NCBI RefSeq assembly: GCF_018350175.1
Contig: NC_058383.1
Coordinates: 27,840,001 to 27,904,000, forward strand
DNA length: 64,000 bases
Reading direction: 5' to 3'
Origin: Felis catus
Lineage: Eukaryota
Below the pieces are notes generated by a model, which did not search any database, was not told where the DNA came from, and was given only the letters and a program-made list of their open reading frames with translations. Every line of letters starts with the position of its first letter. The stretch's first letter is position 1. This document shows positions 12,291-25,360 of the stretch, piece after piece. The position numbers and the translations under genes are program-made.

Positions 12291-13003
12291 TAGTATATAT
12301 TTCCATAAGCCTTTATTTTTCCATGTCACAGGGCCAACAGAATTATTGGATCAAAGATATAAACAGCTGAAAGCTCTTCGTACATTTTGCCAAACTATAT
12401 CCCCAAAGGATTAGGCCAAGTGACACTGCTCCCCAGCAGTGGATGGAAACAGACTCTGCCCAACACTGCGTTTTAACAACTAAAACTTCTGTCAACTGAT
12501 AAGACTACTGAATGTTGGCTATAAAATTTATAAGATATACCACCTCTTTCCCACTCTCCTACTGCAACTCTTAAAAAATAATTGTTGGTCCTCAGGTTTA
12601 CGGTACCTTCTGACATTTCATAAAGATTTTAATGCAATTCCTCTGGAAGAGCCTTCAGGAATATCTAACACAATGACTGAGAAATGTTCTGAGGTCACAG
12701 AACTATAATAATCCAAAAATGTTATACATACTTTCCCAGAAAAAATGCACACACGTGTGTTTCTTTTTTTCATTAATTTCTGAATATCTGCAGCTCATCC
12801 GTGGGGTGTCACAGACCCACAGTGAAGAAGTCTGACCTAGTCAAACACCTCCATTTTACAGATAGGGACAACTGAGGCCAGAAAATCCTGCTTCAGTAAA
12901 AAACTGAAATGAAACCATCTTTTGACTTGTTTTAAAGGCGTCTTCCAAAAATATTTGAAAAGAAAAGCATTTATTATTTTTCTACTTCAAAAATACGTTT
13001 TTA

Positions 13004-13219
13004 GGGGCGCCTGGGTGGCTCAGTCGGTTGAGCATCCGACTTCAGCTCAGGTCACGATCTCACTGTCCGTGAGTTTGAACCCCGCGTAGGGCTCTGGGCT
13101 GATGGATCAGAGCCTGGAGCCTGCTTCCAATTCTGAGTCTCCCTCTCTCTCTGCCCCTCCCCCGTTCATGCTTTGTCTCTCTCTGACTCAAAAATAAATA
13201 AATGTTAAAAAAAAATTTA
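13004..13219 (+). mobile_element. Felid CanSINE
   Basis: Canonical head, body and tail; degenerate TSD aaaaatacgttttta / aaaaatgcattttta. Confidence 0.96.
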
Positions 13220-13668
13220 AAAAATGCATTTTTATTTTGAAAAAGGAAAACATTTTGAGACCTAGTAGTATTACTGAATGTGCTATGAAGCTTCCCAAGA
13301 TAAATGCTTTAAGGGAGTCCATATCCACTCTCGTGGGGTGAATGGGAAAATGTACCTGAGCAGGTAGGAGAAGATCCAGGGTCTGGTCCCGCCAGGCCAG
13401 AGAGTAAAGCTCTATCCTGGAATAACCCATAAACCCTGTGAGCCTCATTTTCCACATGTGTAAAATAGGGTGACAATAGGGTTGTAGACTGTGGAGGGTT
13501 GTGTGTGTTCTGTGTATGAGTGTGTATTGTGGGTAGTGAGGGTTTTAAGTTATATGTGTGCTGCCGACTGTGTTACCTGTAACAGGCCATATGTCTATGT
13601 GTTTGGGGTGATATGGAGGGTGGTATGTTCTGTAGAGGGAGTTGTGGGTTGTGGGTGTGGGAACTGTC

Positions 13669-13669
<1 letters not shown>

Positions 13670-13707
<38 letters not shown>
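13670..13707. repeat. (TG)n microsatellite ending a GT-rich low-complexity tract (from about 13490)
   Basis: Read directly. Confidence 0.95.
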
Positions 13708-13711
<4 letters not shown>

Positions 13712-13731
13712 AAAGCTAAAGGGGTAGGCTA

Positions 13732-13950
13732 GGGGCGCCCGGGTGGCTCAGTCAGTTAAGCATCTGACTCTTGGTTTTGGCTCAGGTCACGATCTTATGG
13801 TGTGTGGGATTGAGCCCCATGTCAGGCTCTGTGCTGACAGTGAGGAGCCTGCTTGGGATTCTCTCTTTCTCCTTCTCTCTCTGCCCCTCCCCTACCGCTA
13901 TCTCTCACACTCTCTCTCTCTCAAAATAAATAAACATTTTTTTTTTAATT
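13732..13950 (+). mobile_element. CanSINE, older type with ctcttggttttggct insert
   Basis: ggggcgcccgggtggctcagtcagttaagcatctgactcttgg. Confidence 0.95.
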
Positions 13951-13959
13951 AAAATACAT

Positions 13960-14162
13960 GGGCACCTGGGTGGCTCAGTCAGTTAAGCATCCGACTTCAG
14001 CTCAGGTCATGATCTCATGGTTCATGGGTTGGAGCCCAGCATTGGGCTTTGTGCTGACAGCTCAGAGCCTGGAGTCTGCTTTGGATTCTGTGTCTCCCTC
14101 TCTCTCTGCCTCTCCCCTGCTCACGCTCTGTCTCTCTCTCTCAAAAATAAATAAAAATATTT
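13960..14162 (+). mobile_element. CanSINE, second of tandem trio
   Basis: gggcacctgggtggctcagtcagttaagcatccgacttcagctcagg. Confidence 0.95.
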
Positions 14163-14163
14163 C

Positions 14164-14391
14164 GGGGCGCCTGGGTGGCACAGTCAGTTAAGCATCCGAC
14201 TTCAGCCAGATCACGATCTCGCGGTCTGGGAGTTCGAGCCCTGCGTCAGGCTCTGGGCTGATGGCTCGGAGCCTGGAGCCTGTTTCCAATTCTGTGTCTC
14301 CCTCTCTCTCTGCCCCTCCCCCGTTCATGCTCTGTCTCTCTCTGTCCCAAAAATAAATAAACGTTGAAAAAAAAATTTTTTTTAATAATAC
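14164..14391 (+). mobile_element. Felid CanSINE (young type) inserted in the tail of the previous SINE
   Basis: 16-bp TSD ataaataaaaatattt at 14147-14162 and 14392-14407. Confidence 0.96.
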
Positions 14392-14425
14392 ATAAATAAA
14401 AATATTTAAAAAATTAAAAATTGTT

Positions 14426-14499
14426 AAAGAAAAGAAAAGAAAAGAAAAGAAAAGAAAAGAAAAGAAAAGAAAAGAAAAAGGAAGAGAAAAGAAAAGAAA
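14426..14499. repeat. (AAAAG)n pentanucleotide repeat derived from a SINE tail
   Basis: Read directly. Confidence 0.95.
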
Positions 14500-14512
14500 G
14501 GCTAAACCAGAC

Positions 14513-14987
14513 TGTGGGTGGCACAAGAGAGGCTGTTCATGCCCCAGTGGTATCTCTTCTTCAGTGAATATGCCTGCCTGGCCTCCAAATGCCAGCACCA
14601 GCATCGATTTGCCTGAGGGCCTTCTCTGGGTCTGGGCCCCACTTTGGCCTCCCTCTCATAGGCCAGAAGTGCCAGTCCTCTCAAACCCCAGTAGCCTCCA
14701 GTCAATGAGTGACCAGGGCTGGAGGACAAATACCCTAACACTCCAAAGTTTACATTCTACACCCACTTCCAGGGCTGCCCTGCAGGATCTTGCTCCAAAT
14801 GCCTAGTGCGGTAATGGGCAGTCATGGTGATAACATGCTTCAAAGTGATCTTCTAGTGGTTCCTTTCTTTCCCCCGTTTTACTTCCATACTCCTCTGAGT
14901 GTTTCCTGAGATCCTTCTCAAATAAATGACCTGCTGTCACACCCATTATCTCAATGGTCCACTTTTGGGCAAACCCACACTAAGACA
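14513..14987 (+). mobile_element. ERVL solo LTR (LTR16-like)
   Basis: 3' end ttcctgagatccttctcaaataaa...tttgggcaaacccacactaagaca. Confidence 0.7.
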
Positions 14988-15219
14988 ACCTTATAAGCCA
15001 TTGTGAACTTGGCCCTGAGGGCAATGGGCAGACCTGAGGGTTATTACTGGGGCATCACACAACACTTGATGTGTTTAAAAAACAAAGTGAGTAAGACCTA
15101 AGACTCCAGTGACTTTCTATGGCCTACAATTCACATTCCGAGGGAAGGATGTTGTCGGTGCACAAAGCCTCCTAATTGAGGATGTGTATTTGCCCATCGC
15201 CAGGCAGGGGTGGTCCCAC

Positions 15220-15234
15220 TCACCAGGGGGCAGC
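15220..15234 (+). promoter_or_regulatory. CTCF core motif
   Basis: tcaccagggggcagc, 14/15 match to CCASYAGRKGGCRSY. Confidence 0.4.
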
Positions 15235-15929
15235 CAAGCCCAAGACTCAGTCCCAAACAACCTGCCTCACAGCCCCATTCGCACCAGGATGCATTTCTAG
15301 AAACACCTTCAAAAACATTTAGTCCAAACCAGTAAAGAAAAAGATCCCAGGCCAACTCAAAAGCTGTGTGGCAGAACTGCCCTTTCTGGTAGACACTGTC
15401 ATTTCCACTCAGCCCCCATTTGGTAAAGGGAGGCCAAAGCCACACCCCGCCCCTCAGACGGGAGAGTCAGGGGCCTGGTGCCTTTTCAAGTCAGGCATCT
15501 GCTGGTGAACCTGCTTTATAAGCTGGAATCTGGGCCACCAGAAGTTTCTGGTCCTGCCTGTGTGACTCTCCAGGGGAGCATCATTCCTGCCAGGTGGATG
15601 ATGCCCACGGAGAGTGCCACGCCCTCGGCACGATGGACGGCAGCCTTCCCGACTGAGGCACCTCTGAAATTCTTCCCTGGGAGCCTACCCTTCCGTAGGA
15701 ATGAGAAAGGGCAGAGCTGCAGCCTCGGGATGGCAGAGGAGAGCATGGGAGCAGGGCGCGCACACGGGAGAAGAAAGGAAACCAGGGATGAGGCGCCTCC
15801 AAGCTGACAGGATGGACAGGACTCACCCTTTGTCCCTCCCTCCAAGGTTTCTGTTTCCTAGAGATCCTGGGAGGGCAGGTGTGGCTGAAATGCCAGTGTG
15901 TAGCACAACACACACCTGACACCAACCCC

Positions 15930-16260
15930 AGATGGCCCTAACTGTATACACACTCATGGACAAGTTACTTACCCTCTCCATGCCTCAGTCTCCTCTCATA
16001 AAACGAGGCTAATAATACTTATTTAACAGTGCTGCTGAGGGGCTTAAATGAGACATTGTGCGTGGAACCCCCTAATAGGATGCCTAACACATCTTGTTAA
16101 ATATTCCTTTCCTTTCCCATTATAAGAAGTAACATTTTTGGAATGGTTTCTATATGCCAGTCACTGGTGAAAGAAAACTCAACATCCCGTGAAGCAGGTC
16201 CTACAACTCATCCTATTTTACAGATTAGCAAACTGAGAGACATTATGTAACTAACCGTCA
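15930..16260. mobile_element. Two opposed MIR relics
   Basis: ggacaagttacttaccctctccatgcctcagt (+); cctattttacagattagcaaactgag (-). Confidence 0.65.
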
Positions 16261-16499
16261 GGGGGTTCTGGCACTTGCGGGGGTGGCACCGGGGTGGGAA
16301 CACAGCAGCTCTGGCTTCAGAGCCCAAGTTCTCCCCCCATTCCCCTTGCTCCCCCACTTACAAGAAAAGCGGGAAGCCTACCTGTCCCAGGAAGAAGGCT
16401 CACATGTCATCAGGCATCAGTCACGTTAATACCTTGTTTACAATGTGTTTCAACACTACAGCTGTGTCACTGGTGGTATATTTTGCAGCTCTGGTTTTA

Positions 16500-16721
16500 T
16501 TAATTTTTTAATTCTTTTTTTACCATTTACTCATTTTTGAGAGACAGAGAGAACAGAGCATGAGTAGGGGAGGGACAGAGAGAGGGAGACAGAATCCAAA
16601 GCAGGATCCAGGCTCTGAGCTGTCACCACAGAGCCCAATGCAGGGCTTGAACTCACTGACCACAAGATCATGACCTGAGCCGAAGTTGGAAGCTTAACCG
16701 ACTGAGCCACCCAGGTGCCCC
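16500..16721 (-). mobile_element. CanSINE
   Basis: Ends ctgagccacccaggtgcccc; TSD cagctctgg(t/c)ttta at 16486-16499 and 16723-16736. Confidence 0.96.
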
Positions 16722-16771
16722 ACAGCTCTGGCTTTAAAACCAAATAAACCAAATGATGCCGATGCTGTGTG

Positions 16772-16954
16772 TCAGGGGTTCACAAGGAGTGACCACAGAC
16801 CATCAGCATCAACATTACATGATGTGTCAGAAGTGCAAATTCTCGGGCCCAGCCCAGACCTACTGAACCAGAAACTCTGGGGGTGGGGCCCAGCCATCGC
16901 TGTGACCAAGCCCTCGAGGTGATGCCCGTGGACACTACAGCCTGAGCACCAATG
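16772..16954. mobile_element. MER5A MITE
   Basis: gcaaattctcgggccccagcccagacctactgaaccagaaactctgggggtggggcccagc. Confidence 0.85.
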
Positions 16955-17109
16955 CCGAAGTCGAATGTATGTTTCCCTTGTGTAGTAACTACTAAGCAGA
17001 AAGACTGGCTAAGTAAATCAATAAATTGTTAACATTATTATTGTTTTATTTCCAGCTGGGGTTGTTCAGAGATGGGGTAGTGGACATGCAGTGCCCACTG
17101 AGGACAAAC

Positions 17110-17400
17110 AAATTCATTCATCAATATCCGTATTTTGAGCATTGACTGTGTTCTAGGCACTATGGCGGGAAAGACAGCAAAGAGCTAAAAAGACAAATGT
17201 ACCAGGTTCCTACTTCTACAGTCTAACAAAATAGTAGGGGAGGCAGTCGTGTAACACAAAATTACACAATTATTAAGTTGTGCTGGAGGTAAAGAACGTG
17301 AAACACAAAAGGAATGCGTCAGGAAAGCACAATGGGGACTCAGATCTAACCCTGGAAGTCAGGGAAAACCTCTCGGGGTAAGTTACACTGGAGTCAGGGC
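17110..17400 (-). mobile_element. L2 3' relic
   Basis: attcattca...ttgagcattgactgtgttctaggcact...gaagtcagggaaaacctctc. Confidence 0.6.
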
Positions 17401-18247
17401 ACTGTCCCTTGAAGCAGGTTGAGAGTGGGCAACTGTGAGGGTGAGCGGAATGGCTTGTACCAAGGGCCTGGGGTGGGAAGATGCCCCCTGGGTGGTCTTT
17501 GGAGCTTTTGGACCAGTTTTTTATGTTAATTCCTCTGCTCAGAGTTCCCACCCCGTGTAATGGGGCAAAGCCAGAACATGCACCCACACACGGGGCCCCG
17601 TGTGATTCCAGCTTCTCTCGGGGGGCTCTTTGCCTACCCACAGCACAGACAGAAGTTCGACTTGTCTGCTGTACCCCTAAGCAAGTAGGTGGCGGGTTGT
17701 GAGTTCCCGGTTCACTGATGGGTAAATTGTGCATGAAGCCAAGAGCTCCAAACGTGGAGGGGCCATGTGGAGCTGTCTAGAAGCATTTCCTGTTCACCGC
17801 TCCAGCTCCGAATCTCCTCTTGCTTTTTACTAGTGAGGCTCTTGTTTCTCTTTTCCAAGCTTGGCTACGTTTCTTTTTTCTTGTTGTATCTTACCCAGAA
17901 TTCTCCATCATTAAAGGAAACAGTCAATAAGAGTGAATTTGCCGCATGTGCTCAATCCACTCCATTTACTTTTGAAATCTCCCACAGCTACATTAGGTGT
18001 CATTGCAAAGTACTTCCAGAGTATCACAGACTTCCCATCTGCATCTGAGCCACCCAGGGCTGCAATCCCCACCTCAAGCTCCTGTCTGCCAAACCACATG
18101 GGCTCTCCGGCTTGCCTCCAATATTCCCAGCGCCTAATACAGCTGGTGGCATATAAAAGTGCTCGGAATATTTCTGAATGGGTAAACGAGTTCATTGGTA
18201 ACCTTCATACACTCCTACAGGGTGGAGAGAACATTGTTCCTCTTTTA

Positions 18248-18431
18248 TTTTTTAATGTTTATTTATTTTTGAGAGAGAGAGAGTGCAAGAACAAGGGAGG
18301 GGCAGAGAGGAGCCAAAGCAGGCTCCATGCTGACAGCACAGAGCCAAATGGGGGGCTCAAACCCATGAACCGCAAGATGGTGACCAGAGCTGAAGTCTGA
18401 CGCTTAATGGACGGAGCCACCCAGGCACCCC
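18248..18431 (-). mobile_element. CanSINE inserted into a MIR
   Basis: 13-bp TSD tgttcctctttta at 18235-18247 and 18432-18444; MIR core gaggaaaccgaggctcagag resumes after it. Confidence 0.95.
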
Positions 18432-19859
18432 TGTTCCTCTTTTAAAGGTGAGGAAACCGAGGCTCAGAGTGCTGGGTAACTCACCAAAAGTCCATGAGAA
18501 AGCAAGACGCAGAAGTTGGAGTCCAAATCGGGACTACAGGATCCCAAAGACCTCTCTCCATCCATCCCACTGCCTCTTAACAGCCCTGAGGTCCCGAAGC
18601 GCTAGGCTTGCAGGCGAGTGCCACTGGATGAAAAGTAGCACTGCCTCCTTCTGCCCAGGGTCAGGACAGTGTCGTGTGACTGGAGAGGAAGGGTGTGAGC
18701 CCTGGGGCAAGCGGGAGTAACTGGGTGGTTGACAGAAGGAGGTGAAGGTGGACATCCCCGCCGTCTCGCCACACAGTGGACATGCTCCCATCCTGGAAAT
18801 AATAAAGTTTAGTCCCGCATAAAGAGAGCATCGCATCTGCCCTGTGATGTAAGGAGCAGCAGGGTCTTCTAGAAGAAAACCGTCTCAGACTGGTGTGCCT
18901 GCCTTCAGGGTCGATCCCCAGACTAAATGCTCCAGAGCATGCAAAGACAGCCTCGTGGGGACCAAACTGTCACCAAGAAAATCACAAGAAGGGAGGCCGA
19001 CAATGCTCTGTGACCTTCCATCCATGAGATCCACCCTAACTTGGCGAGATATTCAGAATTCTGAACCGTTAGCACATCTGAAACAGTGGTTATTACCTCG
19101 TCACCATAGACGTTGAGCAAAGAAAAGCAGAGTACAAATTGTATTTCACAGTGATTTCGGCTTTCCTTTAAAAACAAAATAAAAATATGTACAAAATGAA
19201 GAAGACAAAAACCAAAAGCAATTAATATGAAAAGCTGCAGGAGTAGGACTCAATGTGGGGTTTTCCCCCCTCATTTTCTGTATCATCCTAATTGTTAGGA
19301 ATGAACCTCCACCTTTTAAACAAAACAAAACCGCATTATAAAGGAATATAATGGTGCTTACTGAGTGCTTGTTATCTGGCTGTTTTGTCCCATTTTACCT
19401 AACCCCAAGTAAACGTCTATTATTAGTCTTGTTTTACAGGGAGGGCATTAGCCTCTGATGAGCTGAGTTGACCAAGCCGTAGCTGCTAAGTGCAAAGCCA
19501 AGTTTTAAAAATAAATGTTGACCTACCCTACAGCGTACTTCCCAACCTTGGCTGCGTGTTAGAATCCTATGGGAAGCTTTTAAAAATCTTGCTGTCCACA
19601 CCACACCCCAGACTAATTAAATCAATCCCTCAGTAACAGGAGCTCACTGCCTGCGACAGCAAGAATGTGATCTTTCAAGATCAGCCCTGGAGTGGAGTTT
19701 CTGGCAAGCCCAGCCTCTAGCCCTTTGAGCCAGTCTGTGCGCACCTTCAAGGCCTGGAAGAAACTCCTTTCTGCTTCGCCTAGCCACACTGCTTTCTGTT
19801 GCCTGTAATCAAGAAAAAGTAACTTAACCCCTCTGCGCCTTTTGGGGAAGAATAATCAG

Positions 19860-20105
19860 CAGTATTAGGAATATAACAGAGGCTTCCAGAGCTTGGAGGT
19901 CGAGGCTGGACTGCCTGTGTTCAAATCCCAACTCTGTCACTTAACACTATTGCTTTGGACAAGTGACATCAGGTTTCTGAGGCTCAGTTTCCACAAAGTA
20001 CAATGAAGACAGTTTGTACTTTGCCCCGTGTCTTGAAGACCAAAAGGGAGACTTTCAATGGTACTCCGCACATACAAAGCACTTAAAGATTAGCTGTTAT
20101 TGTTA
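19860..20105 (+). mobile_element. MIR relic
   Basis: gttcaaatcccaactctgtcactt...tttggacaagtgac...ctgaggctcagtttcc. Confidence 0.7.
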
Positions 20106-23100
20106 TCGAGGTGGGTGATGAAAGCTCTTCCCTTACCTAAGACCATTACGACCCCAGGCTCCAGGAGCCCCAGGCTCCTCCATGCTTCTTGGGTGCCAAG
20201 CCATTCCCACCACCATCCCTTTGCCCCTGCGGGACTCCTGCTTGAGACAACCTCCCTTTTCACTCCTACTTATCCAAATCTTTCAACACCTAACTTCTCT
20301 TCCTCCTTCACGAAACCCATGCTGCTATTTCCCTCCTCTGAACCTATGTGGCATCTGGCAATTCCTACTGCATAATTTAGTACTTAATTACGCATTGCTG
20401 TGATAATCTCAGTATTTCATCCCGGATATGTCCTGTCTCAACAGCTACATTGTAGACTCCTCAAGGGCAGGTCCCCTGTCTCATATATGTCTTGGTCAAC
20501 CCCACCAGGCTGAACATTTGAGGAGGAAAGAAAAGAAAAACGTGTCATATTGAACTGAGCAATTCAACAGATGCCAAATCAATGTCTCAGGTCACAGGAG
20601 TGGAGGAAGGTCAGCGAGGAAGCAGGGAGTGGGTCTCCAGGCAGCCCTGAATTGCACACAGCAGAATGACTGGGAAGCTGTTTGGTAATTTGCATACAGA
20701 TGACATTCTACAAAATGCAGGTGCCTGCCTTTTCACCACAGAGGCCAATTAAATGCTTTACATTTTAAAAGCAGACTCCTTAAGAAATGCCTGTGAGAAC
20801 AATTAAGAGCACAAAACACAGTAAATGAAACTGGAAGTTATCAAAAGCTACTGAAAGAAGTTGAAGAAAATGGCCAGTGGCCAAATGGAAGGAAACAGAG
20901 TCCAGTGGATCAGATTACGGACTCTGGAAGCCAGTAGTCACTGGCCCTGGTCCCTGCAGAGCCTCCCACGGCCAACTGTAAAATAGAGATAATAATAGTG
21001 CTTGCCTCCTAGGTAGTTGTTAAGACTGAATGTATTAATATACGTAAAGTAATTAAAACAGTGTCTAGCACTTAAGTGCTCAATGACTGTTGGTTGCAAT
21101 GATTATGATGATTATTAATATAGCATTACATACTCTCCAAAATAGCAGAGACCTTTTCCACCTTGTTTTCTCAGCACCCCGGCACTTCCGGAACACAGGA
21201 GGAAACCCAATAAATGTTGCTGAATGATCGAATTAAATGGCAAGCTTAGTTGGTGACAAATTATGATATGGAGCAGCCTTGTAGACCTGCTCCGCAAGTG
21301 CCTCATAACTGCTCCCTCCTTCCCACAGCAAAGTCTCAGGGACCCTTTTATGAGTTTCAACCCCAGTCTGAGAGCCTCACAGACCCCCTCCTGGCTTATC
21401 CACTCAGAATCTCCTGGCCAAGGGTCCATCCCCTCCACAGATGATCTGGTCCCTGCATCTTATCCAGCCCGCTCTGGACCTGCACCTTGTGAGCCCTCCC
21501 ACAGCTCCAAGCAGGGACTCTAGAATCTTACAGGCCTGGGTTGAAATGCTGACATTCAGTGCCTTGCTAACCAGCATTCTTGGGCCATTTACTTCATATG
21601 TCTGACCTCAGTTTTCTCACCTGAAAAGTAGAATAACAATACCCACAGATGGATGTAAATGCCCATAACATGCCAAGCACAGTGTGTCTGCACATGAAGG
21701 GGGATGGCCCAATGTTAATCCCCTCCCAGCCTGCTATTTGCACAATATGGTGGAATCCTCAGAGCCCCATAAAAACACCGGATGAGCCATTTGGCCAGCA
21801 AGAGACTGATGACTGAAACCACAAGCATCAAGTCTGTTCCTCCAAAACAAAGCAAAACTTTGTAATAAAACTGAGTTGTGGTAGAATGCTAGGAAAAGCT
21901 GTTTGCCGCAGCCTTAACGGGCAAGACAGAAAGGGCACAGCCTCAGAGGCCAGGGGACAGGTTTATTAGGAGGATTAAAGTCAGGGAGAGCTGCTGGAGA
22001 GTCAGGGTGGCTTATCAGCATGAAATAGTGTGTACTCACAGATAAGATCACCCACAGAGCAGCCAATAGGCCACTTCAGAAATAAAAAATCGTAATGGGC
22101 TACTGGGACAGAAAATCCTAGTGGTGCCCCAAGCAGTGGTCCATATTGTCTGTAAGGACGCTGCATCAGAAGCCCCAGGGGAGGTTTTTCAAGTACAAAT
22201 CCAGTTGCCCTTCCTGGAGTCTCCAGTCCGGTCAGTGTAAGTGGTCTCTGGGAATCTGTTAACGACTTTTACAAGAATCACAGATGATGATGCTAAGGAG
22301 GCAGTTAAGTTTTGGACTGTCTGAGTTACAATATGAGGACTGTTTCATAATTAGTTCAGCAGCGATCCAGACACTTGGATTTATCCATTCATTTATAACA
22401 AATATTCATTACATGCTTTGGTAAGAAAGAAATAAGAAGAGAAGATAGTCAGGTTCCTCATTAAGCTTATGGTTGACTAACAGAGACAATGATCAAAGAG
22501 CCTCACAATCAATCCATTACTCATTCACTCAACAATCGAAGTACCTACTCTGGGCCAGGCTCTGTGTTAAGGAAGTGGGATTTTGATTGGTCCCCTAAAA
22601 AATGGGAAGTTGCAAGAGGCTTGAGAGAGTAATATTTTAGATTTCAACCTACCCAAGGGAGACATCTCTGCTTTTTTTTCTTTTTCAGAATTATGTCCTA
22701 TATGGTCTCCTGAAAGGGGAGAGGAATATTTCTTAAAGTTTAGAGAAAAGATGATGTGTCTAAGAACACACACAGTCTGCTGGCTTAGGAGACAGGTTTA
22801 CACAAATGAAATATTGACAGTATTTTCTCAACTGATACTAATGAGGTTAAAAAAAGTGACGAGAGTAAAAATGAATAATTATAAGAGCAGCAGTAATGAT
22901 ACCTAACATATTAAGCACTTACTATGTGCCAGGCATTGGTCTCAGTGACAAACAGACGTAAAGAAAAAAACATAGCCCTTTCATTTGCTACTGGAGCAAG
23001 TAACAAATGTAGGAGCTCTTTGGAAAGGTGATTTCACAATGGCATCGGTGGCCTTAAAAAGCATTCCTGCCATTTGACCGTGTTCTTTCTTTTCAGAAAG

Positions 23101-24608
23101 TGCATTCTTTGGAACTATCGCAAGAGTTTTGTGCAAAGATGTTCATCACTGGTTTATTATGGCACAAAACCTGGAAACAAACTGAGTATCCAATAGTAGG
23201 GGTTTCCTTCAATTATGTATCTGCTGCATCCGCATAACAAAAGAATGTAGTGACATAAATCCCTTGACAAGATTAACTATTAAGTGGAAAATGAAACGTG
23301 CAGAAGAGTGGGTGGCATCTTTGAAACTTCATGTTGTATGCAAGTATTAACTTGGCGAAAACAACGTAAAGCAACATGCCAAACTATTTCTAGAGTGTAA
23401 TCCAAGAGTCCACGCAAGGACAAGAAAAACTGGGAAAGAATTTGGGGAAAAGGTTAACTGATTGTGAGTAGAAGACCACTCAATTTTTTTTCTCCCATTT
23501 TCCTAGATTTCTATGTTTAAGATGTGTGACAAAATGAAATACTTCTGTCATAAAAGATTAAATAAAAGAAATCATGAGTCCAGGCTAAGAATTTGCTTTA
23601 AACCTCACACATAAGAAGGGATTCATGATCAAGATACAAACACCAAATATTAATGGCAGAAAATGTCAAGGATCTGGTCAGAAAGACATAAATCCTACAA
23701 TAATTTGCCAAAAAACAAAAAGCCAAGTGCCTCTCAAAATTGAGTTGTGTCACTTCAACAAACGGTGCTGGGAAAACTGGACAGCAACATGCAAAAGAAT
23801 GAAAGTGGACCACTTTCTTACACTATACACAAAAATAAATTCAAAATGGATTCAAGACCTAAATGTGAGACAGAAAACCATCAAAATCCTAGAGGAGAAT
23901 ACAGGCAGTAACCTCTTTGACAGCGGCCATAGCAGCTTCTTACTAGGTATGTCTCTGGAGACAAGGGAAATGACAGCAAAAATAAACTACTGGGACTTCT
24001 TCAAGATAAAAAGCTTCCACACAACCAAGGAAACAATCAACAAAATTAAAATGCCTACTTCAAAATGTGAGAAGATACTTGCAAATGACATATCCGATAA
24101 AGGGTTAGTATCCAAAATCTATAAAGAACTTAACAAATTCAACATCCAAAAAACAAATAACCCAGTGAAGAAATGGGCAGAAGACATGAATAGACATTTG
24201 TCCAAAGGAAACATCCAGATGGCTAACAAACACATGAAAAGATGCTCAACATCACTCACCATTAGGGAAATACGAAACTACAATGAAATATCACCTCACA
24301 CCAGTCAAAATGGCTAAAATTAACAACTCAGGAGACAATAGATGTTGGCAAAGATGCGGAAGAAGGGGAACCCTCTTACACTGTGGATGTAATGTAAACT
24401 GGTACAGCCACTCTGGAGAACAGTAGGGAGGTTCCTCAAAAGGTTAAAAATAGAAGTACTCTATAACCCAGCAACTGCACTACTGGGATACAAAAATACT
24501 GATTTGAAACATTTGCACCCCAGTGTTTATAGCCGCATTATCAACAATAGCCAAACTATGGAAAGAGCCCAAATGTCCACTGCCTGATGGAACGGATAAA
24601 GGAGCTGT

Positions 24609-24610
<2 letters not shown>

Positions 24611-24670
<60 letters not shown>
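24611..24670. repeat. (TA)n microsatellite inside L1
   Basis: About 30 uninterrupted TA units. Confidence 0.98.
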
Positions 24671-24672
<2 letters not shown>

Positions 24673-24970
24673 GGAATATTACTCAGCCATAACAAAGCAT
24701 GAAATCTTCCCATTTGTAATGACTTGGATGGAGGTAGAGACTATCACGCTAAGCAAAATAAGTCAAAGAAAGAAAAATACCATATGATTTCACTCATATG
24801 AGATATTTAAGAAACAAAACAAATGAACACGGTGGGGGGGGGGGGGGAAGAGACTGGGAAACCATAAAACAGACTCCTAACTATAGAGGACAAACTGATG
24901 GTTGCTGCAGGGGAGCTGGGCAGGGGGATGGGTGAACTAGGTGACAAGGATTAAGGAGTACACTGGTGGT

Positions 24971-25136
24971 GGAGCACCTGAGTGGCTCAGTCGGTTAAGC
25001 GTACAACAACTCTTGGTTTCAGCTTAGGTCATGATCTCATGGTTCATGAGTTCAAGCCCTGAGTCGGGCTCTGTGCTGACAGCACAGAGGCTGCTTGGGA
25101 TTCTCTGTCTTCTTTTCTCTCTCTGCCCCTCCCCCA

Positions 25137-25191
<55 letters not shown>

Positions 25192-25241
25192 CCTCCCTCC
25201 CTCCCTCCCTCTCAAAAATAAGAAAACATTAAAAAACAAAA
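24971..25241 (+). mobile_element. CanSINE inserted in the L1 3' UTR, with expanded (CT)n/(CCCT)n
   Basis: Degenerate TSD agtacactggtggt / agtgcactggttgt. Confidence 0.95.
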
Positions 25242-25360
25242 AGTGCACTGGTTGTGATGAGTACTATGTATTATACGTAATTGATGAATCACTAAATTTT
25301 ACACCTTAAACTAATATTACACTGTATTTTAACTAACTGGAATTTAAATAAAAGGTTGAG

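Larger units (their letters stand above)
23753..25352 (+). mobile_element. 5'-truncated carnivore L1: ORF2 C-terminus plus 3' UTR, interrupted by (TA)n and a SINE
   Basis: Translates to [33 protein letters not shown]...[13 protein letters not shown] (L1 ORF2); degraded CCHC region about 24340-24410; G-run 24834-24847; aataaa 25347-25352. Confidence 0.97.

Noticed and set aside
17273..18400. 153-aa and 155-aa ORFs
   Set aside because: Overlap L2 and SINE sequence; no recognisable protein features
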